A DNA stretch of 64,000 nt from an uncultured Candidatus Actinomarina sp. (GTDB lineage: Bacteria > Actinomycetota > Acidimicrobiia > Actinomarinales > Actinomarinaceae), in contig CACJPC010000001.1 of the NCBI GenBank assembly GCA_902595195.1, positions 17,173 to 81,172 on the forward strand, in the 5' to 3' direction. The position numbers and the translations under genes are program-made. Positions 29,409 to 38,800 of the stretch are shown here, in pieces (position 1 is the stretch's first letter; each line of letters begins with the position of its first letter). The notes beneath the pieces are model-generated. The model was not told the origin of the DNA and ran no database searches. It worked only from the letters and a program-made list of their open reading frames with translations.

Positions 29409-29641
29409 TAATACTTTCTCCCTACATGACCTATATGGAATAATCCACAAAATCTGCAGTGATACTCACTAATTAATGTATTGGTTCGCTTTCTTGCACG
29501 ATATGCTTTTGTTTTAGCAATCTCTTTTGTGTGATACTTCATCTTTCTCTTACAACTCCAACACTGATAACAAAGGCAGGTTGATCCATTTACCATAGAC
29601 CAACACAACGCTGGTCTATTGGAAGTACGCGTTTTCATCAC
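29408..29641 (-). CDS. Small basic zinc-ribbon protein (77 aa), first gene of the operon
   Basis: Contains CYQCWSCKRK...YHCRFCGLFHIGH. Confidence 0.45.
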   Translation of the reverse strand: MMKTRTSNRPALCWSMVNGSTCLCYQCWSCKRKMKYHTKEIAKTKAYRARKRTNTLISEYHCRFCGLFHIGHVGRKY

Positions 29642-29760
29642 TGCAGCCCTTCTTTTTAGTGATTTTGACTAATATTGTATATGTTTTTGGTAATTATGAC
29701 AAATAAAAATATCTTTTTTTTGTATTTTCCACTAATAATAAGATTCTTTATAATTGTGTT

Positions 29761-30588
29761 ATGGGTGTGAGTGAGAGATTTCCAGTTTCTCTAAATGCAG
29801 TGAATATTGTCTGTTTTAAGATTGACTGGAAAGAGAGAATGTTAAATGTACTTCTTATCAAAAGAAGTATTTCTCCATATAAGAACAAATGGTCACTTCC
29901 TGGTGGATTTGTCCAAGGAGATGAGACATTAGAAGAGGCTGCAAGAAGAATATTTGTTAATGAGACAGGTATTTCTCCTGCTTATCTAAACCAGTTTAGA
30001 ACATATAGTGGTACCAAAAGAGATAGACGTATTATAAATCAGCGTACTGAGCAGAAAGCAAGAGTAGTCTCTACTGCATTTACTGCTATTTATACAAGCG
30101 ATGAAGAGTTGAAGTTAGATGATGAGAGTGAAGATATTAGATGGTTTAAGATTCCAAGGCGTTATTTCAGTAGATATATACCAGAAGATATGGCGTTTGA
30201 TCATCATGATATGTTGCTAGAGGCATCCAATAGACTCCGGATGTCCTTGGAATATAGTGGTTTAGCGACTCGTTTCTTGCCAGAACACTTTACATTGGGC
30301 CAAATCCAGGATATTTATGAGATTATTTGGGAGGTAGAGTTAGATCCTGCAAACTTTAGAGAGAAACTCACCAATGTTGAGGGATGGATAAAAGAGTCTA
30401 AAGCTGGTCCTAAAGATGCCGAGCCAAGAAGAGGAAAACCTCCAACATGGTACAAAGAACATGATATTCCACAGTTCGATAGGATGATTACCAATCCAAA
30501 TGGAGCTGTTATAAGAGAGAAAGAGTCAGAGTATCAAAAAAGCTTAGATAATTTAACAGGGGAAATTCCAATTATTAAAGATGTATAA
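29761..30588 (+). CDS. NrtR-like regulator: degenerate Nudix domain + C-terminal winged-helix domain
   Basis: The Nudix box GGFVQGDETLEEAARRIFVNETGI (29902-29973) has RE changed to RR and EE changed to NE, so it is probably not catalytic. The C-terminal FTLGQIQDIYEIIWEVELDPANFREKL matches the NrtR wHTH signature (FTL..LQ..YE......D..NFR.K). Confidence 0.75.
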   Translation: MGVSERFPVSLNAVNIVCFKIDWKERMLNVLLIKRSISPYKNKWSLPGGFVQGDETLEEAARRIFVNETGISPAYLNQFRTYSGTKRDRRIINQRTEQKARVVSTAFTAIYTSDEELKLDDESEDIRWFKIPRRYFSRYIPEDMAFDHHDMLLEASNRLRMSLEYSGLATRFLPEHFTLGQIQDIYEIIWEVELDPANFREKLTNVEGWIKESKAGPKDAEPRRGKPPTWYKEHDIPQFDRMITNPNGAVIREKESEYQKSLDNLTGEIPIIKDV

Positions 30589-31336
30589 AGCAATTCTTTG
30601 TAGATGTAAGTCTTGTTCAAAAGAAAAAAATTACTCGGTTAATACAAGCGACATCAATAAAAGTGTATTTTGCTCTTACTGTAATAATAAAATTGGCAGT
30701 ATTGCTGAAATAATTAAATTGGATGAAGTTGCACAAACGAATAGAGAAGCTGAAGAACGTGAGCGAGAGAAACTTCAAGCTATAGAAAATGAAAAAAGGC
30801 AAGAGCGTTTAAAAGCACAAAAATTAAAAGAAAAAAAAGATTTCTTAAATTCTATTCCTAATGATTTTAAGCTGTTTCACTTTACAGACATTAGAAATTT
30901 AGATTCTATTAAACAGCACGGTTTATTAAGTTGGGAAAACTTAGAGAAAGAGCCTTTTAACTATTCAAGAGGAAAAGAGTACTTTCCAGCATCAGATCCA
31001 CCAGGATCTCATGGATATAGAGATGGATTGTCAAGAACTCTAGATCGAAATAAAAATCTAACTAATTATGTACGGCTATGCAAAAATTCCAATCATGAAA
31101 TGATTGAAGCAGCAAAAGCAAGGGGAGGTAATTTATGTTTATTAAAAATTAAAATTGAATCTTTATTTGAATTGGATTGTTTATTTGCTGATGATAATGC
31201 AACTACATTATCAAGACCTGTTGAAATAAATAAAGACTATAAAACCTTTGTTAATTCGAATAAAAACCAAGCTGAGGCTCTTGTTGAAAATTATATTCCC
31301 TTAGAATATATTGAAAAGAACTGGATTAAAATTTAA
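30581..31336 (+). CDS. Zinc ribbon + charged helix + DUF4433/DarT-like ADP-ribosyltransferase domain
   Basis: N-terminal CRCKSC...CSYCNNK, then EAEEREREKLQAIENEKRQERLKAQKLKEKK. The ART part starts FHFTDIRNLDSIKQHGLLS (from 30875) and ends QAEALVENYIPLEYI (Glu codon 31274-31276), as in DarT. 8-nt overlap with the NrtR-like gene. Confidence 0.6.
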   Translation: MYKAILCRCKSCSKEKNYSVNTSDINKSVFCSYCNNKIGSIAEIIKLDEVAQTNREAEEREREKLQAIENEKRQERLKAQKLKEKKDFLNSIPNDFKLFHFTDIRNLDSIKQHGLLSWENLEKEPFNYSRGKEYFPASDPPGSHGYRDGLSRTLDRNKNLTNYVRLCKNSNHEMIEAAKARGGNLCLLKIKIESLFELDCLFADDNATTLSRPVEINKDYKTFVNSNKNQAEALVENYIPLEYIEKNWIKI

Positions 31337-31344
31337 TAAAGATT

Positions 31345-32058
31345 ATGGCACAAAGACCAGTATTTAGCGTAGACGAAACCAACAAAGGTTTAATAACTGA
31401 AAAACTTATTGAATTTGAGTACTTCACTGGATTCTCTAGATCTCAAAAGGAAAAATCTATAAGTAGTCTCCATAAAGCAGCAAGTCACAAAGGGATAAAT
31501 TCAATTTTAGAAGTATCAACAAAATCATCATCCCCAGTCGGTGTACTTTTAAGTGCATTTAATCTCTCTTTTTTATCAAGTGAAAACAAACAAATATTTT
31601 TAGAATCGGTATTTCAAGGTAGTAAAATTTATGAAAACAATGATGGCCCACATACTGACTTATATAATTTATCTCCAAGTGATGTCAAAAAAGATGAAAG
31701 AATCGATAGAAACAAAAAAATTATTGGCTTTCAATTCAATAATATATTTTGGAATACGGAACCTAAAACAGCCTTCTATGATTGGCTATACTTAAACGCA
31801 TTAAAGTTCAATATTGAAAATTCAGGTAATCATGCTTATAAAGAAGTTTTAAATTATAGTTCTTTTACCGACATTGAATTTAATCATAAAAAATCTATCA
31901 ATTGTCAAGCAAGATCTTGTGCGCTATATGTTTCCCTTTATCAAAAAAAATTATTAGATAAAGCGTTAGCTAATAAAGAAAGCTTTCTAGAAATACTATC
32001 AAAAGACCCTTTTTACATCACTCAAAATAAATATAAACAAAAAGGTTTATTTGATTAA
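31345..32058 (+). CDS. Hypothetical protein (237 aa), third gene of the NrtR/DarT-like module
   Basis: Starts 9 nt after the DarT-like gene. I can see no macrodomain or NADAR motif. FEYFTGFSRSQKEKSISSLH and FTDIEFNHKKSINCQARSCALY look like conserved blocks of a family I cannot name. Confidence 0.5.
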   Translation: MAQRPVFSVDETNKGLITEKLIEFEYFTGFSRSQKEKSISSLHKAASHKGINSILEVSTKSSSPVGVLLSAFNLSFLSSENKQIFLESVFQGSKIYENNDGPHTDLYNLSPSDVKKDERIDRNKKIIGFQFNNIFWNTEPKTAFYDWLYLNALKFNIENSGNHAYKEVLNYSSFTDIEFNHKKSINCQARSCALYVSLYQKKLLDKALANKESFLEILSKDPFYITQNKYKQKGLFD

Positions 32059-33074
32059 AAAATAATTTTTTTTAAATTGTAGAGATCCCCTATTTCTTCT
32101 AAATCAAATGTAGAAACTAGAAGCTCGCCAATCTTTCCTCTACCATCTTTCTTGCTATTAATAGATTTGGAAACTAAGACTTCGTAAGCATACAGCTCTT
32201 TGTTTTGTAAAAATATCTCTCTTGCTAGTTCATTATTATTATTTGAAAGAATTACGTTATTTCCATCTTCGACTAATTTTAAAAATATTTTTCCAAGTTC
32301 TACATGATCTTTATATTTAAACCCTTGTGAGCTATAGTCGGTAAAATTTGATGTGTCCGAATTGGGTATATAAGGAGGATCTAGATAGATAAAGCTGTTT
32401 TTTTTCTTAATATTCTTAATAGTTTCTTTGTATGAACCACATGTTATTTTCGCATTTGATAAATAAAGGCTTGCATTTGCAAGATTATCTTTATCAATAA
32501 TATTAACTTTTTTATAGCTTCCAATCGGAACGTTAAATTGGTTATTGCTATTCACCCTAAACATTCCGTTAAAACATAACTTATTAATTGCTTGCATCAA
32601 AACGGCAGACTTGATTTTTTGTTCTTTAGTTTTTGGATTTATTTGAATATACTCTATTTTTTCTTTTTCAGATTCCTCTGAGTATGAAGCTATTTTTTCT
32701 TTTACCCATATCGAATTAAACTCCTTGACCAAGGCTTTGTACTCTGTAACAGGTCTCTTTTTTTTTGATAGTAATTTATTAAACTTAACCTCTATTTCCT
32801 CACACTGTTCGGTAAAACTTTCAAGATTCTTACTATCAGAAATAATCTCATAGTAAGAAATAAGCTGGGGTATAGCATCATTCAAATAAGCCGAATCAAT
32901 TAACTCTAAATCTTTTAAATAAAAGAAAATTGAACCTCCGCCAAAAAATGGTTCGTAGTAATCAAAAGTTTGATTGTTTTCATTTTGGAGTAAAGAGAAA
33001 GCATCTGATATTAGATTTTTTAGTTTTGTCTTGCCTCCAACCCACTTAAGTGTTGGTTTTGTAATATTACTCAT
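32055..33074 (-). CDS. dam: Dam-family (D12 class) N6-adenine DNA methyltransferase
   Basis: N-terminal KWVGGK, FFGGGS (SAM motif I) and DPPY (plus-strand 32370-32381). Start moved to MSNITKPTLKWVGGK; the track start 33131 adds an implausible hydrophobic leader. Confidence 0.85.
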   Translation of the reverse strand: MSNITKPTLKWVGGKTKLKNLISDAFSLLQNENNQTFDYYEPFFGGGSIFFYLKDLELIDSAYLNDAIPQLISYYEIISDSKNLESFTEQCEEIEVKFNKLLSKKKRPVTEYKALVKEFNSIWVKEKIASYSEESEKEKIEYIQINPKTKEQKIKSAVLMQAINKLCFNGMFRVNSNNQFNVPIGSYKKVNIIDKDNLANASLYLSNAKITCGSYKETIKNIKKKNSFIYLDPPYIPNSDTSNFTDYSSQGFKYKDHVELGKIFLKLVEDGNNVILSNNNNELAREIFLQNKELYAYEVLVSKSINSKKDGRGKIGELLVSTFDLEEIGDLYNLKKIIF

Positions 33075-33129
33075 TGTATTAACACATATTACTAGACAGA
33101 TAAGACTGAAATATTTAAAATGGGAAAAC

Positions 33130-33555
33130 ATGCTCAGTGACTATAAATCTGAAATGTTTGCTATTTTTGAAAATAATAGCTACAAAGTTACAACTATAAA
33201 AGATGTGTTTGATACAGGCTTAATGATTAATCACATTACCAGAAGAACCCCAAAGCAAAATATCTATATTGCAATTAAAGAAAGTACACCAGAATATTGT
33301 ATAAGGTACATGGGGCAAGAAAGTACCTCCGGTACAGCTTGGATGAAAATTGATCTATACGCTAAAGAGCTCAGTCACTGGGTGCACAATATGGATTCTG
33401 TAGACAAAGCTCTTTTGTATTTAGGTGGGGAGTTTTGGCAAGATATAGATACAAAAAACTACTGGAATAAACTTGTTGAAAATTTGTCACTTCCTAGTGC
33501 TAATTTATGTATTGTTGATAGTGATGGTTTAGTAAACTTATTGGAGAGTAAATGA
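33130..33555 (+). CDS. Hypothetical protein (141 aa), first gene of the GHKL/SNF2 operon
   Basis: Start taken at ATG 33130 (MLSDYKSEMF), because the track start 32974 lies inside dam on the opposite strand. ATGA overlap with the next gene. Confidence 0.45.
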   Translation: MLSDYKSEMFAIFENNSYKVTTIKDVFDTGLMINHITRRTPKQNIYIAIKESTPEYCIRYMGQESTSGTAWMKIDLYAKELSHWVHNMDSVDKALLYLGGEFWQDIDTKNYWNKLVENLSLPSANLCIVDSDGLVNLLESK

Positions 33556-35207
33556 CTCAATTTCAACCTCAATTAGGTAATGCTTTTTACAAAGCTCTTG
33601 GTGCTGAAGACATGGAGCCATTGCTAGCAATAAACGAAATCATTGCTAACTCTATCGACTCTTGGATAGAAGAATATTGTGGTAAAAAGGCAAAACGTCC
33701 AAAACTATCGATAGATATCAATATGTCAGCAAAACAAATAACTATTCAAGATAATGCTGGAGGAATGGAACCAGAGGAATTAAAAAATGCCATGGGTTTT
33801 GCAAAAGTTCAAAAAGAGCTTAGTGACTGTGCTGATGATTTAATGGGAATGTATGGATTTGGGCTTAAAGCCGCAACTGCAAATCTTGGTGGGCATTTTG
33901 AGGTAGTTTCAAAAAGGAAAAATAAGGATCTCTGCCATGTAGTAATGCCTATCGACAAGATGGCACAGGAAGTTAAGGCTGGTAAATCTGGAATGCTCAG
34001 TGATATTGAAGAAAATGGATACAACAAGAAAACAAAAATAAAAGATGTAGAAAAGGTATTTAATCCCGCTAAAACAAAGTCTGGAACATTTATTTATATT
34101 TCGCAGATAAAAAGAACTAATTTTAACCCTGAATCAATAATGAACGAATTATGTTACGCATGGCATTTTTTCACCCAAGAAAATCATCTAGGACCTGCTG
34201 TAGAGATTAAATTCAACGGAGTAAAAATAAGTGAACCAGAGTGGGGTCGTGATCAAGGCGGACAAGTGCCTTACAGCTCCATAGATTTTGAGTTTCCGTT
34301 TTCTTGGAGAGAAAATACAAAAACAATTGACACTAAAGTTCAATTTTCAGTGTGGCTTAATTATAAAGGTGGACAATATCAAGCAGGTGGTTTGTCATTA
34401 TATAGAAAACTCCAAATGGTTTCCTACAAGGACCAAGAACTTGGCAAATGGTGGAGTAACGAATCAGCTAGTATCGAAGGATATTTAAGCACAAACTATT
34501 TAACTCCTAACCAAAGAAAAGATGATTTAGATAGGACGACTAGGTTCTACAAAGAATTCAACAAAGCACTTGAACCAGTAATGAAAGGAGCGGCTAAATT
34601 AGTCGATTCACAGCGCGGAGGCTTAGATGGTAAAGGATTTTCAAGAACAGCAATGGCTCAAGATGAGTTCGAAATGGGAAAATTCCTTGCATTAGGGTGG
34701 TTGAAATATTTTAATGAACACCCATTAGTCGAGGTAAGTTCGAAATTTCCGAAAGAACTTGAAAAATTTTTAAAAGATAAACAAAATACTCCAAGTGGTC
34801 CTGAAGATCCTGGTCCTGAAGATCCTGGTCCTGAAGATCCTCGTCCTGAAGAACCGGCTGTTGAAATTTTTGAACCTATTGATGAAAACTCATTTAATTT
34901 TGATGGTGAAACATATCAACTCCTCATACTCAAAGATAAAACTGATGGAAGCAGTTATGACTGGAAAAAAACTGGAGAACAAATTGAAATATTTATTGAT
35001 GATGAGGCTGACGGCATAAATAAAGAATTGGGAGGTATGCTGAAAAAAATGACAAATGACCCTGGAGTGGGTAAATGGGAAAAATTGTCTTTAAATTTAG
35101 TAAAAGAACACGTAATTCATCAATTTTTACTTAAGGAAAATATACAAAATGCGCGGGCATTTGCATATGCAAAATCTTGGATTGAGAACATTTATAAAAA
35201 TGAATAA
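33552..35207 (+). CDS. GHKL-superfamily ATPase, MORC/paraMORC-like (HATPase_c_3 type)
   Basis: N-box INEIIANSIDSW, G1 box IQDNAGGME and G2 box GMYGFGLKAA. A GPEDP-repeat linker precedes a C-terminal domain. Confidence 0.75.
   Translation: MTQFQPQLGNAFYKALGAEDMEPLLAINEIIANSIDSWIEEYCGKKAKRPKLSIDINMSAKQITIQDNAGGMEPEELKNAMGFAKVQKELSDCADDLMGMYGFGLKAATANLGGHFEVVSKRKNKDLCHVVMPIDKMAQEVKAGKSGMLSDIEENGYNKKTKIKDVEKVFNPAKTKSGTFIYISQIKRTNFNPESIMNELCYAWHFFTQENHLGPAVEIKFNGVKISEPEWGRDQGGQVPYSSIDFEFPFSWRENTKTIDTKVQFSVWLNYKGGQYQAGGLSLYRKLQMVSYKDQELGKWWSNESASIEGYLSTNYLTPNQRKDDLDRTTRFYKEFNKALEPVMKGAAKLVDSQRGGLDGKGFSRTAMAQDEFEMGKFLALGWLKYFNEHPLVEVSSKFPKELEKFLKDKQNTPSGPEDPGPEDPGPEDPRPEEPAVEIFEPIDENSFNFDGETYQLLILKDKTDGSSYDWKKTGEQIEIFIDDEADGINKELGGMLKKMTNDPGVGKWEKLSLNLVKEHVIHQFLLKENIQNARAFAYAKSWIENIYKNE
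34797..34856. repeat. Tandem repeat, 4 x 15 bp (GGTCCTGAAGATCCT x3 plus a degenerate copy), coding (GPEDP)3-RPEEP
   Basis: Read directly: three perfect units at 34797-34841 and a fourth unit CGTCCTGAAGAACCG. Confidence 0.95.
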
Positions 35208-35877
35208 CAAATTTAAACAAGCTTGGGAAGAACTATTAATATTAGAAAAATCTGAAAATCAAGAGTTAGCTGATTATGAAGATCAACTACTTGATATATT
35301 AAATATCCTTTTTAATCATTGGCCTGAGGGTGTTGACGATTTGTCTTTAGCTGACGAACTAAATACTACTGTCGCTAAAGTTACCGCTTTGAAGTTTTTA
35401 AGTTCTATAGAAGAAGATGAGTTGATTCCAGTTCTTAAAAAGTACAGAAACACTTCGCTTTTATATGAAATATTAAAAATACCTGAGCAAACAAGAGATG
35501 TGTTTTTAAATAGAGCAGGAAGAGTTCGACATAACATTACAATGCTAGTCAAAATGGCTAATGATTTGTTTAATGGTTTAAGTGAAATTGAAAAAAATGA
35601 GAGTTCTAATCCTTGGATGAAAAAAATTAGTGTTATAGATAAAAGTATCTGGGGTGATATTGCTAATGAAGCAAAAGACTGGGGTATTAAAGAGCAAGAT
35701 ATTAAGAAAATTGAGAAATTTAAATCGGGTAGAAAAAAAACAATACAGGACTGGGAGTGGTTAAAAGATTTTGTTGAAATCCAGATAAATAAGAAAAATA
35801 TAGCACCAAAAAATATACATGGAGAACCTATGAATCATCACAAAGTTTTAATTGAAACATGGAAAAGAATAATCTAA
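35200..35877 (+). CDS. Hypothetical protein (225 aa) between the GHKL ATPase and PLD-SNF2
   Basis: Start taken at ATG 35200 (MNNKFKQAWEEL), an 8-nt overlap with the GHKL stop. It ends 1 nt before the next gene. Confidence 0.5.
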   Translation: MNNKFKQAWEELLILEKSENQELADYEDQLLDILNILFNHWPEGVDDLSLADELNTTVAKVTALKFLSSIEEDELIPVLKKYRNTSLLYEILKIPEQTRDVFLNRAGRVRHNITMLVKMANDLFNGLSEIEKNESSNPWMKKISVIDKSIWGDIANEAKDWGIKEQDIKKIEKFKSGRKKTIQDWEWLKDFVEIQINKKNIAPKNIHGEPMNHHKVLIETWKRII

Positions 35878-35878
35878 A

Positions 35879-38800
35879 TTGTCCTACAAAGATTTACGCT
35901 TACGAAAAACAGTTGAAGGTAGTGGAAAATTACTTAACAATGTAATAAAACCCTCGCTCAAAGAAAACACAAAAACCTTTAGGGCTCTTACAGCTTATTA
36001 CAGTATTGGATCTCTTGAAGCTATTGGAAAAACTCTTGACTATTTTTTAAGTAACGACGGAATAATTCAAATTGTTATTGGAGATCAAGTAGATGACGAA
36101 AGGACACTTAAAGGGGCTAGTGAAGAACTTCAAAAAGAAGAAATTGTAATTTTTCAAAAAAAATTACAGGAAGATGTTGAACTTGTAAGAAATGAAAATT
36201 CAAGGTTTACAATTGCGACAATTGCTTATTTGATTTTAGATGAAAAATTACAGCTTAAAGTTGCTAACTATAGAAATGGTGAGTTGTGGCATCCAAAAAT
36301 GTACCTTCTTGAAGATGGAGATGGGAACAAAATAGCAGCATCTGGATCTGGAAACATGTCAGAAAGCGGTTTTGAAAAAAACTATGAAATACATGATATT
36401 TTTACTAATTGGGACTTTGGTACCGAGTACTTTTCATCAGAAGATCCTTCAGAACCAACAAAGGAAGAAATTTTTTGGAGAATTTGGAATAATAATGATG
36501 AAAACACAGAGGTAAAGGAACTTGATAAAGAATACGCTCAAAAGCTCTTAGAACGAATTGGTAATCCATCAAAAGAAGATGTTATTAAATACGTAGATCA
36601 AAAAGTAAAAGATAACCAGAATGAAAATTTATTAAACTTTAAAAAAGATTTACAAACTTCGCCAATTTTCCACGAGTTTAATTTAGGTAAATCAGCCCTA
36701 TATCCACATCAAATAAATGCGGTACAAAAAGCGCTAAAAATGTGGCCAATCAGGATCCTCTTTTCTGATGAAGTTGGATTAGGTAAAACTTTAGAATTAG
36801 GAACACTAATAGCTTATCTAATTAAAAACAATTTAGTAGATAATGTTTTAGTGTTGGCACCACCAACATTGACTGAACAGTGGCAGGATGAAATGAAACA
36901 ACACTTTGATCTAGACTTTGCAAGATATGACAGAACAAAAAAAAGTTGGGTCTATAAAGATGAAGAATTTGAAGGTATTAAAGAAAATTCTCCCTTAAGA
37001 TACAACGATAATTTTCCCTCTTTAGCGATTATGTCTAAATCTATGGCAGTTCGATCAAATGAGCAACATATCTTTTTAGAAAACGATTCTTATCCCGACT
37101 TTTTGGTAATTGATGAAGCTCATCATGCCAGAATGCACAGAGGTTATGATGGTTCAGCAAAGAAAACTAATTTTAGAAGAGTTGTGGAACAAATCTCTAA
37201 TGAAATCAAACACATAGCATTTGCAACTGCGACGCCTATGAGAAAAAATATTGATGAATACTTCTTTTTATTAGATCTGTTGGGAGTGGAAGAGTTAATT
37301 AGTGAAAAAGATTATGAAAAATCTCTTTCTATAATAAATGATTTCTATACAGATAGGAACAACAAATTTAACTTAGATGACCTATCCCTAATTAAAGATT
37401 TATTGATTAAAGTAATTGATAAATCAGAGGAACGTTTTTTTCACAATTCTCCAGAAATTTATAGCCTTGTTAATGAACTTAAAAATGGTGAAGTTGATAA
37501 TGCTTGGCTTTTTGAAAATAGTAAAAAATTAATTGAGTTTCATACGATTTATCATCCGACAAGAATTTTAACTTCAAGGAATGTTCAGGAAAATCTTAAT
37601 AAGTTTTCTGAGATTTATAAAATACCTAAAAGAACTCTAAGGCCATCTCCAATTCTTCCAATTGATATTTCAAATGAGCTTAATGACTTCTTTTCAAGCA
37701 TTATGGAGTATGTAGATAGATTTTATCAAATAACTGAACTTGCAATTACCCCTGATAAGCAATTACCTCTTGGTCTTAGAAGACATTCTTTACAAGAGAG
37801 ATTCGCTTCAAGTTTTTGGTCGGCAAAAAAGAGTATCACAAACAGAAGAGAGCATCTTATTAATTCGCTTGAAGGCTTTAAAGAGAATAAAATTACAAAA
37901 GAATTTTTTGAGAATTCTGATGAAGATGATGACGAAGATACAATAATTGCCGGATTAACAAAGAGCGAATTAGTCAGTGTTGACTGGGAAAATGTAATTA
38001 AAAATTGTGAGTCAGAGATAAGAGCTTTAAATACCTATGTTGACTTGGCAGAAATAGTTATCAATAGTACTCCTGAAGGCATTGATCCTGACCCTAAAAT
38101 TAACGAGACTGTCAGGTTATTTTCTGAACACATAGATAAAAATCCTGGAAAACCGTTATTAATTTTCTCTAAATATACAGACACTTTAAATGAAGTTGAA
38201 CGAGCTGTTATTTCTTATTGTGAAACTAACGACATTTACATGGGATATGCAAGTTATAGAGGAGACTATCGAAGAATTAAATACGCAAATGACCGTGAAC
38301 ATAGAAAGGCTGAAAAGAGAGATATAACAAGAGCACTAAACAACGGTCGAATTCAAGTAATTTTTTGCAGCTCGGCGGCTAGCGAAGGTCTAAATTTACA
38401 AGCAGCTTCTTACATGATTAATGTAGATGTACCTTGGGTGCCTAGTGATCTTGAACAGAGGATTGGAAGAATTGCTAGGTTGGGTCAAAAAGAAGATGAG
38501 GTATTAATTGATAATATTTGGTACCCATTCAGTATTGAAAGCAATATGTATAAAAGACTTATTGATCGTCAAAGAGACATGTCATTTGCTATTGGGCAAT
38601 TTCCAGACTTGATTGCTGAGGCAATTAAAAATTTTGTAGATGACAAAGATGCAAAAAAAATTGAAAAAACGATTGATGAAATTAATAAAAAGAAAAATAC
38701 ATATGAAATGAAAGTGTTAAATGAGCTATGGATCCAGGATGGGAACGAGCCTCTTCATCCTTGGGGGAACGTGTTTAGGAAAGAAATCCTCGAAATTATG

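Noticed and set aside
21649-29641. Annotating the ORFan operon as a prophage.
   Set aside because: No terminase, portal, capsid, tail, integrase or repressor motifs were recognised. The phage link rests only on a remembered motif in one protein.
34797-34856. CRISPR array or any repeat-spacer structure, checked here and throughout the window.
   Set aside because: The only short tandem repeat is contiguous (no spacers), coding and 15 bp long. I saw no 24-40-bp repeats with regular spacers anywhere, and no cas genes.
34795-35019. 74-aa ORF beginning MVLKILVLKILVLKILVLK.
   Set aside because: It is the 15-bp GPEDP tandem repeat read in another frame, inside the GHKL ATPase gene.
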